A stretch of 64,000 nucleotides of DNA from Bilabrum cf. latius (taxonomy: Eukaryota), in NCBI GenBank assembly GCA_965178125.1, contig OZ237740.1, positions 930,001-994,000 on the forward strand, given 5' to 3'. Every line of letters begins with the position of its first letter. Position 1 is the stretch's first letter. Both the position numbers and the translations under genes were made by a program. Positions 15,001 to 27,300 of this stretch are shown here, piece by piece. The notes below the pieces were generated by a model, which did not search any database, was not told the origin of the DNA, and was given only the letters and a program-made list of their open reading frames with translations.

Positions 15001-18000
15001 TCCTCCGAGCTCAAAGGGTTTCACCATCCAATCAAGGAATTTCCATTCGATCTTGTCCACGTCTAGAATCCAATGCTGCTTGATCGGGTCGAACTTCATG
15101 GCCGTGAAGAACTCAAAGATTGGCTTTGCACCCCCGGCCTGATAGGCTTTGAAGCATTCGTCCACGAGCGGCCTGGCGGCAATGGCGGCAGGGTTGCACA
15201 GGCACGCCCCTGTGGTCATCGCGGCGAGGGAGTGAAAGCCTGGCGTCAGCGAGGAGAACCGAATATAGTACATCGGCCCTGCGGGTTTCATCCTACCTCC
15301 AACACTCCTAGCGGTCTGGTCTTGATGCCCACGGTTCAGTAGGATCGTGAGATCATCGTGCTGGCCGTGCATACCCTGCAGATGGCTGACAGCGTTCCAG
15401 CACGCCAGCATCTGGGCTGATGCCACCAGAGCTGTGCCCGACTCTGCCACGAGGTGCTCGTGGTTTCCGCGAGCAGCGACGTAGGCCTTGAGCAAGAACC
15501 GAATCTGCTCCATCGCATCCCGAAGCAGCTGCTGGTCTTGGCAAGGAGGCTGCCACGGATCGCACAGCCCGTCACGGGCAGCATCTTCGTGGGCCTGGAG
15601 AGCGAGCTCCTCGAGCTGCCTGAACGTAGCAACGGCATCCCGTCGCAGTTCCAAATCTGTGCTACGCAGCTCCCTGCCATGGGCAGCAAGCCAGTCGTCC
15701 ATAGTATCCTCCCGGCCTTCATTCTTAAGCGCATCATCGTTCGCGTTGCGAGCCTCGCTCCACGTCCAAGGCACCGGTAGACGCTGCAAAAACACGTCCT
15801 CGATCAAGGCACAGAGCTCCGAGCACACAAGCTTCGGGAAGGCAGTGCCTGACCGCGACATGAGCTTGTCCGCCGCAAGGCCTGCAGCCTGCAGCACCCT
15901 GACGATGTCGTGCATGTCCCCGCGGAAATCGACGCGGCCATCCGCTCGCCGCCCAGGCCTCGGACCCAGAGCCAGATCCACAAAGTGCTCCTGCATAGAG
16001 GTAAGATTCTGCCCTTCGAAGCCCGAAGTGTCGCGCTCATCGACGAGGTGCTCTAGCCCTCGAAAGCCCCTCACTGGTGCGAGAGTCGGCCCGTCCTCCT
16101 CGATAATGGGGGGACCCTGTCGAGCTGCCTTGTCTCTATGCCACGCCTCCACCTCTGGTCCGAGCGCTCGGGCCTCTGCATCGGTCAAGTGCATGGCATC
16201 TTCGATGTCAAGCACGCCCATCAGCCGCCGCACAGACATCAGCAGATTCTCAACAAAATTGGCGGCCTCGCTGCTGATGGCTTTGGCGCGGAGCAGCCTC
16301 AAGCACATGCGAGCGGTTGACTCCACGGCGGTGCCCAGCAGCTTGATCTCGAACTCATGGAGGCCCGGAAGGCGCCTCTCCCTCAGCCAGGCCTCGGCGT
16401 CACCCATTCCGTCAGCCGCCGACAGGTTCTTGGCGCAAGACTCGCTTACTTCGACAAGTAGATCCGCTTCTTCGGAGTGCTGCGTTGCCTCCTCTGAGCT
16501 CCACGCGTGCAACCCCTTGGCCTTGCCGTGCGAATTAGGCGCTGCTACTGCAATTGACTCGTCAGCGGCAATCACAGCCTCCAAGGGCTCCAGTTGATCT
16601 TCAGGTTTGTCACCGGGACTGCCCGATTTTGACTCGGACGCGCCCGCACCGGACGCGGCTTCCTCCTGCCCGGCTGGCTTTGATTCTGCTGCGAAGGCAA
16701 GTGCACGGCTGGCAGCAGCCGCAGCCGCTGCAGCGTCTTCATCTTGGGTCTTGAGGTCAATTGGAGGCAGCTGCGCGATGTACCGTAGCTGGCGCACGCA
16801 ATGCCTCAGGTAGGCGGACCGGAACGCGAGCCTCAGCTTGCCGCGCATCTCAGCTCCCAGGCCGTACCGAAACGCAGCGTACAGCGTCGCGGCTATCGTG
16901 CAGCGGTACTCTGATGTCGTTGACACGTCTGCTTTGATAAACGGACCCCTTGCATCCGAAGGGATCCTCTCCTGCGCGCTCAGCAGCCGCTCGCCCGCCA
17001 GCATCGGCAGGATGCTCTCATACAGGCTGTGGGGTGACAGCATGCCGGACTGCGCGACATTGAGAGAGCGCTGGCCGATTAACAGGCTGGCCAGCAGGCC
17101 TCGCTCTACTAGTCGCTCCGAGGGCACACCGTGCAGCACCAACGCTGCCCTCCTCCTGGGGGACATGCGAGGTCCAGCCCTGGTGCCCTCGTGATATGAC
17201 AGAGACTCATGGTCTGAGCTGCAGACGGCCACGTGCCAGCGGCCGCCAACAGGTGCGCCGTCTGGAGCCAGAGCTGATGTGATCCCATCCTGCGGCAGCC
17301 TCGCGCGGCCGGACTCTACGTACTGGTCGGGGGTCAGCGGTGGAGTACCAGCCTGAGGCGGCCCGCCTGGCACCGAGGCGGGAGCGGCCCCGGCACCTCC
17401 AGCCGCCGCTGCTACTTCACCGCCAGGTACGGATCCGACTGCACCCACAGGCCCAGTACCGCCGTCACGACCATTGTCCGCAGTCAGCCGCTGGCACACA
17501 AGCAGGCTGACCGCGAACTTTCTGCGAAATGGGGTCGTTCTTGAACAGATCAGATCGACAGCATGCAGCAGCAACGGGCAATCGAGCAGAGACACACTGC
17601 GACAAACAACATGGTACTGAAACGGGTTCCAGTACGCATTGGCTGCTCTTGGCATACCTCACCTGTTGATGGGCAGCACAACAAAGTCGCCAACTGAGCA
17701 TGCCTCGAGCTCGCGGACAGCCGACTCAATGGCTTCAACTACTTTAGAAGAATTACCGGACGCTGCAACAAGGGTTCCTTCCAGCTTTGATGCGAAAGCA
17801 AACTTAGCCGACAGCCGTTGTGCAAACGACGTGCACCCATCGTCTAGCTCAAGGCTAGCAGCGCAAGATCGCTGTGAGGAGGCAGCTAAGAACGCTGCCG
17901 AAGTCACCAAAGAAGGCCGCAATTTGATCCACGAAAGCTTGGATTCTGCATTAGATAATGATGTAAGGGGGAAGCGCACCAAGAATAGCATTGTGGGTGT

Positions 18001-18152
18001 CTTTGCAACGCTTCATTTCATCGCCAAGTGATCAACATCACCAATGCATTTCATCGCATACCTGCAACCGTATGGTCAGCAAATTCGCCAACAATTGAAC
18101 TACTAGTCCACACTCGTTCCTAAGGGCGCAGCCGAACTGATTCAACTTGCAT
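1..18152 (-). CDS. Giant DUF3638/DUF3645 P-loop (SF2-helicase-like) protein, 3'-partial (>5,900 aa if TAG is sense); two predicted 5' introns
   Basis: Minus-strand ORFs ending at 229, 586, 1195, 1477, 3196, 3607, 4402, 4774, 6259, 6787, 6985, 7234, 8914, 10435, 11377, 12205, 13219, 13867, 14446 and 14797 are all in one frame; every junction and gap I translated by hand contained only TAG. Motifs: LRGRQVEM...RII*AIMGLGKSSVI, LVDEVDLVV, LAVPFLGKEQPSPTSEFSHQDV (DUF3645), IDTGALITGMSN, FDHAHTTGQD, QGCYRMRGL and a terminal EQEKQQEKEQE tract. Predicted ATG at 18152. Confidence 0.85.
17522..17662 (-). other. Spliceosomal intron 2 of the DUF3638 gene (alternative acceptor at 17597)
   Basis: Donor AG|GTGAGG contains the in-frame TGA at 17659-17661. 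Both candidate CGCAG acceptors restore the frame. Confidence 0.6.
17946..18061 (-). other. Spliceosomal intron 1 of the DUF3638 gene
   Basis: CAG|GTATGC donor and CTAATGCAG acceptor. The phase-1 join gives ...DHTVAESKLSW and removes an in-frame TGA. Confidence 0.7.
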
Positions 18153-18309
18153 GCTTGCCCCTCAAATTTCGGTGTGAATGCCGCGTCGCTGACAGGTCCC
18201 TCGCTGCGACAAGCGGTTGCAACCTAAAAAATGTGCCCTTCGGCCCCACTTCGGGAACGCTACAAATACATGACATAAACACGGGATTGAGCGAATCTAT
18301 GGTACTAAA

Positions 18310-21300
18310 TCACATCACAGTCAACTTCATCGCCCCGCAGTTGTGGCATTTCACCTCCTTGTAAGACACTTCCGCGCCGCACTTGCGACACACCCAGTTC
18401 CTTCTGAATCGCGACTCCTCCAGCGATCCCTAGGTTCCGAATGTTCGCGAAGGCACAGCCATGTCGTCATTGATTCCATCTCTACCCTCGAACATGGCTT
18501 CACCGCTCGAATCCGTCGGGCGGCTCGTGTTGGGAGGCGTCTTGGATCGGCTAGCAGGCTTTCCCGAGCTCGAAGAGGAGGAGGAGCCTCCTGAGGAGGA
18601 AATCTTGCCGTCGGCCACCTTGGACAAATAGTCTTCCAGAGGATCCCTGTGCAGCTGGTCGATCTCGGGCTCGAACACCGTAAACTCCCACTTGTACGCC
18701 CAGTCGCCCCAAGTGTCCCTGGATGGATCAGCCTTCTCGTGCTGCGCGATGATCTTGTACGAGTATGCGCCGATAGCGTGCTCCTCGGCGTACTGCTCCT
18801 CCTCTGTCTTCAGTCCCTTGAAGTTTAGCTTGCTTTCATCGGGAAGGTCCTTTTTCTGCGGCTTGATCCGAAGCTAGAACTTGATGACGTCGCTGAACTC
18901 GTTCATAACGATGATGCCAAAGCGAGGCTTGCCGTCCGCTGGGTCTGTGAACATGATGGGATGCAATCGAAGCATGCGGCACATTCCATGCGCCCTGCGC
19001 TCGCCATGGGCATGCGCCCGGACAGTCTCCACCTCCAGCACGCTCGGTATCTGGAACCTGCTCCTTGCCAGCTTGCACTCGCCCTCAGCCGTCCTGGCGA
19101 CCTCACACAGCTGGGCGAAGAGATCCACGTGCTCGTCCAGGGTGGCCTGCTTGGCAAAATGAACGAACTGGCTGTACACCTCGGCACGCGCCCATTCGAT
19201 GATGCTGTCTCCGTACGAGTCATGCCTCTTGGGTGCCACTGGGGGCAGGTCCTGGAACAGGTACTGCCGCACAGGGGCGTGCTCCTTGCACAGGTCGAGC
19301 AGTAGCGTGCATCCCACAGTCATCAACTTGGCGTTCACCCGCCGCTTCTGAAACATGTACCCCAGCAGCCCACCCCTGAGGTTGGTGGAGCAGGTCAGTG
19401 TCCTGTCCACGCCCCTGGATACGGCCGCCGATCGGTCCACAATCTCCCTGGCCTTGCGCATCCTCTCGATGTCGATCTCCAGCTATGTAAGCTCCTTCTT
19501 CTTGGCGCTGTCGATGGCCACGGCCGCTGCTCCCTCTTCTTCCTTCTCGTCTTCCTTCTTTTTCGTTTCGCCTGGGTTGGCTGCCACCTCGGTCGACTCC
19601 TGCGCTGCTCCGCCGCCGGCTGCCTCGTCGATCTCCTCCGCCGCCTCCTCCTCGGGCTCGGAGGAGGAGAGCTCTGTGGGCAGCTCCTTGGGCTCGAAGC
19701 CCACCCCTACACCATACAGGAAGGTGCCATGGAACGGATCTCCCAGTAGGAGATGCGTCCTGCGCATCTGCAACGAGTCCTGCAGGCCGAGGAGCTTCTT
19801 GTAGGCCAGCTCATACGCCTTGAACTCGGCGATGGAGGCAATCTGCACCCCCTCGCCGCCCGCAATCCGAGGCAAGACTTCGTCCACAAAGCCCGGGTTC
19901 TCCCAAGACAGGTGGCACAAGATGTCCACTACGGCATCGGGTGCCTGGTTAAACTTCAGGCATGCCACGAGGATCTCGGGTTTGGCAAAGAGAGGGATGC
20001 CGTTGGTCATGAATTCATAGACTGCGGCGTCCATAGAATCGCCATCGCAATCCGATTCATCCGTTGCAGGGCCCGGCTTGCCGTCAATAAGAGGCCAGTT
20101 GAAGCCGCCGTCGTCGACCAGAGTTGGGGGCTGGGACTTGAACACCTCTTCTGACGGGATAGATGTCTGCTTCCTGTAGAACTTCGCCACGCTGCCCTTG
20201 GCACCGGGCCCGATCCGCAGCGGCGCGGGCAGCTTGAGGCTGCAGGTGAGCCTTTGCAGCAGGTAGAGGAACGGTCCCCAGTTGGCAGGCTGATACAAGG
20301 TACCCATGGAATCGTACTTGACCTCGCTGCGGTATTTCTCCTTGAGATGGCTGGCTTCTCCTAGGAAAAAGTCGCAGGACCGGTCCATGAGGTCGAGGTA
20401 AACGAGCATCTGCGTGGCCGTGTCCCCTAGCCGCGCCACCTCGTTGAACAGCTGCCAGTACTGGTCGAAGGTGCGCCACTGCCGGTTGGCACTCCGAATG
20501 AGGCCAAGGAGGGTTTCTACTAGGGTCACGATGCCTGACGTCCGCTCGCTGCCACCAGATCCAGCAGCACCGGAGCCTTCTGCAGCGCTTTCTGCCTCCT
20601 TCGCTTCCTTCTTCTTCTTCTTCTCGTCCAGCGGCTTCCCACCATTGGCCGCTACCGCGTCCAGCCGGACCTTGGCAGCCGCGGCGCACTCCATGAGGTA
20701 CGGCTCCTCCTCCTTGTAGGAGGCCTGCAGGCAGGTCACGAGCAGGTCCACGACCGCTGTGCGCGTCGCCGGATTGCTGGCCTTCAAGATCACCTGCTCA
20801 ATGTACTCCGAGTCCTTGGCAATCTCGATCACAAGAGCATGGCTCGCCTCCGGGCTGGCCTTGTAGACACGCATGAGAGCGGCAATCAGAGCGGGGAGAG
20901 CCCCAGCAGACTTGGATTGGGCGAGGACCCGCAGAGCAAAGTAGGTACCGGCATTTACCAGCTTGGCCAGCTCCTCCTTCGGGATGACAGCCGCCCCTTC
21001 CTGCTCCGTGGCAGAGGCTTCCAGCATGGGAGCCGCCCGCTCGAACATGTCCCGGACAAAGTCGAAGAACTCGCTAGAGTTGATGTCCTTGGACCGCAAG
21101 AAGCGCAGGTTGTCCCGGAACACCCTCTCGAACTGCATGCTGGGCAACAGGTTGCGGAGAAGCTGCATTCGGCTCATCTTCAGCTCGTCCGATCCCGTAC
21201 CGTCGGCTGGTGCGAACGCCTTGCCGGCCTTGACCGCAGCCTGGAACTGTTCCGTGGCCTCTTCCTCCCTCACCTTGACGAGTTCCGTTCCGAGTACCTC

Positions 21301-24300
21301 CTACGCACGGGCACGCATGTCGTCAGCATACGACGCCATAGCGGCATCTTGCTGCAGCAGCCGTGCCTCGGTAGCCTGGGGATCCGCTTCATTTCGATCC
21401 TGGGCGTTCTTGAGCTCCTGCTTGATCCACTTTTCGTCGAAGCGCTGGCGCTCCGGCACGGCCGGGGGCACGTACTTCTTGCCCATCACGCCTGCATGCA
21501 AAGTCACGGCTGGGAGGAGGGCAGTCGGGGTGACCCTCTCGTAGACAACCACGTAAGCGTTAGCGCTCTGCTCAATCTCTTTCTGCTCGCCGTAGTATCC
21601 CGAGGTCGTCACCTTGCGGGTGCCGCCAAAAGTCTCCGCCTCCATGTTCTTCGGGTCCCACTCGGTGACCCAAGAGTCGTTGAACTTAAACCACTTGTCC
21701 GTCGCACGATCCCGGATGAAGGAGTAGTAGTGGCCGGAGTTTGCCGTGCCAGTGTGCACTACCACGCCGCAAAGGCGGTACAGGAACTTGGCGCGCTCGT
21801 TTGCGGTCGAGGGTGGCTTGTAGTGGGGGTCGCGAAGATCCAAGAAGGGAGACTCCTGGTCGGTTCCGGCCTCCTTCTCCTTCTGCTCCCGGTCCAGAAC
21901 GCCCTCCTTGGTGTACGGGTACATGTCGAGCTCGTCAGGAAAGCTCAGGTAGGAGTTGATCTTCTCTTGCATGAAGGTGACCATGCTAAATTGCAGCCTC
22001 TTGATGTGGAACATGAGCACGTTCGGGAGCTGCTGGATGAGGGAACGCTTGACCAGCGTCGTCGGGATATCAGGGGCCACGTCGGTCTTGTAGCCCTCCA
22101 TGGTCTCCCCTTGCAGGGACGCCTTGAGCGAATCCTCCAAACTCTCGAAGCCCTTGGGCTCCAGAGGCCAGTGGGTGAACTGAACCACCGTCTCCGCCGT
22201 GTATCCAACTGCGGGCGCCACGCGCTGCTCCACCTGAGTCCCGCCGAAGCACTCTCGGATAGCGCCGCACTCGGGCAGATCAGCCATTCGGTGCTCCATC
22301 TTGTCGAAGAACTTGTTGAGGTACTCTTCCGCGTCCTGCTGCACCCCGGTCTTGATCGGGTTGCCCTGCGAGTCCTTGAAGACCTGGCACCAGGGCAGTG
22401 GGTTGTAGTACTGCCTCTCTGACATCATCTGGTTGGCATACATGCGCTGCAGCTGGTACAGCACGTCGTCCGTGGCCTTGCTCCTGCCGCCAAAGTCCAG
22501 GCCGGAGTTGCCGGCAGCCTTGGGATCTTCGCCTGCAGCCTTGGCTTTTTCGACCTGCTTAAGAAGCCTGTCACGGGCGGCGTCCTCCTCGGCCTTGACC
22601 CGGAGCGAGGCCTGCAACACACCGGCTCCGTCCTCATCGTCATCGTCAATGACGTCGCACTTTGCCCGTAGGACTGCCAGGCGCCAGTGCGGCACCATGT
22701 AGAGCTGCTGCATCATCGCGTTCATGTAGCAGATGCAGCCCAAGTTGCGGTAGCCCAGGTACCCGTGGTCGGCCTTGGCCTTCTCGTCGTACAACCTCGA
22801 GGATGCAGAGCTTCCGCCTGCCTTGGCGGCCTCGGCCGATGCGCTCATCACAGGGACCAGCGCCTTGCTCACGCTCAGGACGTTCTGAGGGCTGTCCTCG
22901 CATAGGGCTGACAGCAAGGCCAGAGCCTCCTTGCGTGTGCTCTTGTTCTTGCACTTGGGCAGCTGGGGTCTGACACTCTCATCCAGCTCCTCGGCCGTGC
23001 TAGGCGTGTAGAAGAGCAAGTCGTCGATGACGACTCGGACGAACGTATCCTCAGCGCCCTTTCTGGCCACGTCACCCGTCCCCGGCTCGCGGGCGAACTC
23101 ACGGAATTCCGGAATCGCTTTGACGAGCGTAGCAAGGGTGCTCAACAGCCCGCTGAGAAGGTGGTCCTGCTTCTTGTCGTCATCGAGGCGCCGCTCCTTG
23201 GCCTCGTGCTTCACAACTCGAGCAATAATTGATCGAAGCACAGGCTCAAACCTGGCCTTCTAATCGGCAGCTGAAAGAGCAGCTGGCGCTGGTGCCAGAT
23301 CAGCTTCACCTTTGTCTTCATCCGCAGCCTTCTCGCCTTGCTTGGCTGCATCCTCGGAGTACCCGCAGGTGGACTTGATCATGTTGGAAAGCACAGTGAA
23401 GAAGCTCGCAACCGGCAAAGTTGGCTGCTCCGCAGCCAGCTCAGACACGGTATCAAGCCTGCTGAGCAGCAGCTCAAGCAAGTAGTCTCGTAGAGTCGGG
23501 ACGCCTGCCGCTCGGAATGGCTCGATCGGCAGTCGTCGGCCGGCCCTCCGCAGCGCGAAGCTGGTCCACTTCCTGGCGGACACTTGGCCAGCCAACAACA
23601 GGTGCTGGATAAGATCGGCAAAGCGACGACTCGGTGCGGCCGGCCCCGTGGCGAACGGCTTGCCTTCCATATCCAGGACGACCATCTGCGCAACAGCAGG
23701 CGGATTGCCCGCCGCGGCCAGGAGCCAGATCTGCATGACCTGCTCGCACAGCTCCTTGTCTTCGGTGGAGTGCTCCTCGATCGCAGCCAAGTTCTCTGCG
23801 ATCCTCAAGCACGATGCCAGGGTAGTCAGGCGAGAAATCTGCTTCAGCACGTCGGCAGCCACGGCAACACCGTCCCCACTGTTCCAATCAGATGCAACGC
23901 GGCGGGCAGCTGCCAGCAGTCGCTGTGTGGTCTTGGAGCCAGGCTTGGGAGTCGACGGCGGCTTCGGCTGGGACGAGCCTGACGAGGAGGTCGTTGATGC
24001 GGCGATGTGAGCAGGCAAGGCAGGGCCCATGGGGACCCCGGCACCAACCTCATCCCCACCCATGCCAGGAGGCATTGCCGGACCAGCCACTGGTGCGGGC
24101 GCAGCCGCAGTGGCTGCTGCGTCATCAGCGCCCTTGCCCTCATCCTTCGTATTTCCAGCATCATCACCCGAAGCTGCGGCAGCATCGTCATCGTCAACAC
24201 CTTCCCTGTGCGGCTTGGGCAACTGCAGCGTCCTCTTCAGCACCTCTGCCTGTTCAACAGACAGAGGCCCAGGTCCCTGATCGGGTGCATGTGCTTGATC

Positions 24301-27300
24301 TGCTAGGCCGATCGCACTCGCCAAACCAAGCACTCGAACGAGCCTGCAGAGCGCCCAAAGGGACTTCGTCCTCAGCTCGTTCGCTCGGCCAGCGGTCCGT
24401 TGTTTGCCGCCAGCCATCGCTGCCTGGGCATCGAGCACCTCGACAAGGCGAGCAAACCCACCGTTCAAGACGAAGCCGCGCCTCCAATCCTACCGTCGGG
24501 ATCGCTCAGTGTCCTGAATGGCCTGTGAATCCTGGCGCTCGAGAGCCGGGGGCTCCGTGTCGTCACTCTCAGCCGAAGCAGCGGCGGCATCCGAAGCGGC
24601 AGCATCCGAATCAGCAGGCGAAGGGGCACCTGCTGCGGACGCAGCTGCACCCGAATCTGCGGGCGTATCTCCGCCAGACTTGCCTTCGTCCTCCCGCGAG
24701 CGCTTCTCGCCAGGCTTGGGCGCTGCAGCGGGCTTCTTTGTTTTCTTTACAGATAGCTCCTGCTCCGGCTTGATGGCAATATTCGCCACCACTTGCAAGC
24801 TGTAGTAAAGGGCGAAAGGGGAGTCTGCTGGCAGGACCGATTTCCAGTCTACTTCGGCAGAAGGAGGCTGGATTCCAGTGCCCTCCATGGGCGTCTTTCC
24901 GTCGTCGCCGAGCTTCAAGGCACCCCCCGCACCCCCCAAGCTGCGCAACACGGAAGGCTTCGTCGGGAGAGCCATGAGCATAGTCCAGGTCTTATCCGCG
25001 GTGGCGTCCATGGCGGCAAGCGTTTCATCGTCCCCAGAAGCATCGGCTGCAGCTCTGAGAACGTTCATGAGGACGTCATAGGTTGAGTCATCTCCAATCA
25101 GAATGCGGCGGGGATGCGAGTCGATCTTAGCGTGCATCACCTCACGCAGGCGGTCCTCGCGCCGGCCACACCCCTCGATCTGCCGCTGTAGGACCTCGGC
25201 TTTCTCCTCAGCCTGCTTCTTGTCCGCCTCCTCCTTCTCGGCAATTTCCCTTGCCTCTTTTGCCTTCTTCTCATCCTCGGTCAGCTCCTTCTACTCCTTG
25301 GCTTCTGCCTTGCTTCCGGCGCCTCCCGCGGCAGCTCCCTCACTCGCGGCCGAAGGAGACTCTGCAGCTTCACGCTTCGCCTGTGCCTCTTTATCAGCCT
25401 TCTCTTTCTTTTCCTTCTCGGCCGCACGCTTCTTCGCCTCGGCCTCCTTGCGCTCCTCCGGCCACGGGCGGTCGCGGCGCAACGTGTAGAGGTTGTACCC
25501 CAGCTTTGCAACGTCGGACTGCACCTTGTCCATGCGGGATTTGCAGGCCTCAGTGTAGAACTGGTTGAAGCCTTTGTACGTAATCTCACCGTTCGGTGTT
25601 GTATCGAATTGCTTGAAGACAGCTCTGAGCCTCTGCTCGTTCGTAGACTGGTGATCCGTAACGTCCACGGCCGCAAAGAAGGCAAGGATACCCTTGCGGT
25701 CCAGAGTGCCCTTGTCGTTGCAATAGCGAGCAAAGACTTCGGACACCATCTTTTCCGCGGCGTGAGTCAGCTGGGTGTCGCGCCAGGAACTCGCGTTTGG
25801 GTCCACCAGCATTGGCGACTTGGCATCAGTCGCGTCTATGGGCTGGGTGTTGAAGACGGCGACAACCTTGGCGGATGATAACGTAGCGCCAACCTGCTGC
25901 AAGGTCTTCTTGTACTCTGCAGGAGACGTGAACAACTTGTTCTTCACCCGAATACGAACCTGAGACGACACTAAACCAACGAGTCGAGCAACACGCTTTC
26001 TGAGCTCCGACACGGGCTGCGTGGATCTTACCTTGATCACCCAGTACTTCGGCTGCTCCTCCTTGCCGATGGGCAGCTGAATCTTCGGGATCGAGTTTTC
26101 CACCTTGAGGGCCACGATGTTCCCCGCCATCGACGTGCTATGCGGAACAAGGCCTTGGTCAGGGTCGATGCCCTCGGCACTCTTTGCCTCGGCCTCGAGC
26201 TCCTCGGGCGTGGCTTCTACCTTGAGCACCTTGCGAAGTTCCTGCTGCAGGCTAACTCGCTCCGCAGCGGTTGTGGTGACGGCAGAAGTGGCTTCTTCCA
26301 TTTCTTCGTCTGCGCTGCTGATCAGCTGCCGTAGGGCAGCAATGGCACGCGATGCCCGGCGCGCAGCCACAGTAGAGGCGCCCTTTGTGCAGTCCTTGAG
26401 CGCCTCGACGCACCTCATAACGTATGCACGGCGCACAGAAAGTAGCGCGCTGGCATCGTCTTCCGTGGGAGTGCCGCGAGCGGCAGGCTTTACGCCCTGC
26501 GACTTCGGAGAGTCGGTATCTGCGGCGGCTTGCCCATCGGCAGCAGCGGCCTTCTTCGCTTTGGCAGCTCGAATGGCCTCTGCAGCTTCCGCGTCAAGCG
26601 GCATCTTGGAGTAGAGCTATGCCAAGAGCATGATCGCGGCAGTGCCTACCCCCTCAGGCTCCGCCTCCAGCGCAACTCTCCACAGGTACTGGATTCCTAC
26701 CAGATCGTGCACGGGCACTAGCATCTGGAAATCATCGCTGCTAGATCCAATCGGCTGGTGCAGCTTCTCTAAATGATCGTTGATCGAGAAGAAGAATCCG
26801 CGCAAGCAGTCGAACTGCGATGTTCCCACTTGCTCTGGGGGTGCCATCACGGGGTCCACCATTCTCTGGACGTAGAGCTTCGCGGCAGCCTCGAAGTCAA
26901 TCAGCTGGCCAACGTCTGGACCACTGGTAGCTCGGCGAAGGAGCAGCATGAAAGCCTCCATCTCCGGTTCGCACAGCGACCCAAACCCGTTCTTCACGCC
27001 CGACGAAGCGGCCGCTGCGTCCCCAGCCCCAGAGGCAGGAGCCGCAGATTGGCCCCCACTCACGAAGTAGGACCAAATCTCATTGATCTGCTCCAAGCTG
27101 ATGCTAAGTGAACTGGCAACGCACACATTGGAAATGAAGCTCAGCCGAGCCCTGATGGCTTGCACGTGCGGCACCCCGGCATCGACCTCCATCTCTGCCC
27201 TCTTTTTCTCAAGCGCAGCCTCCGTCTCTTCCTCGTCTTCAAAGAGGCCATTGTCGCGCGCGTAGTGGGCTGCTCGTATCTTGTACTGCTTCAGCTCATC

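Noticed and set aside
20839-22422. Long plus-strand ORF (527 aa) and similar antisense ORFs (15488-16597, 38271-39383, 58514-59527, 60569-61621)
   Set aside because: These are shadows of GC-rich genes on the opposite strand and have no recognisable motifs.
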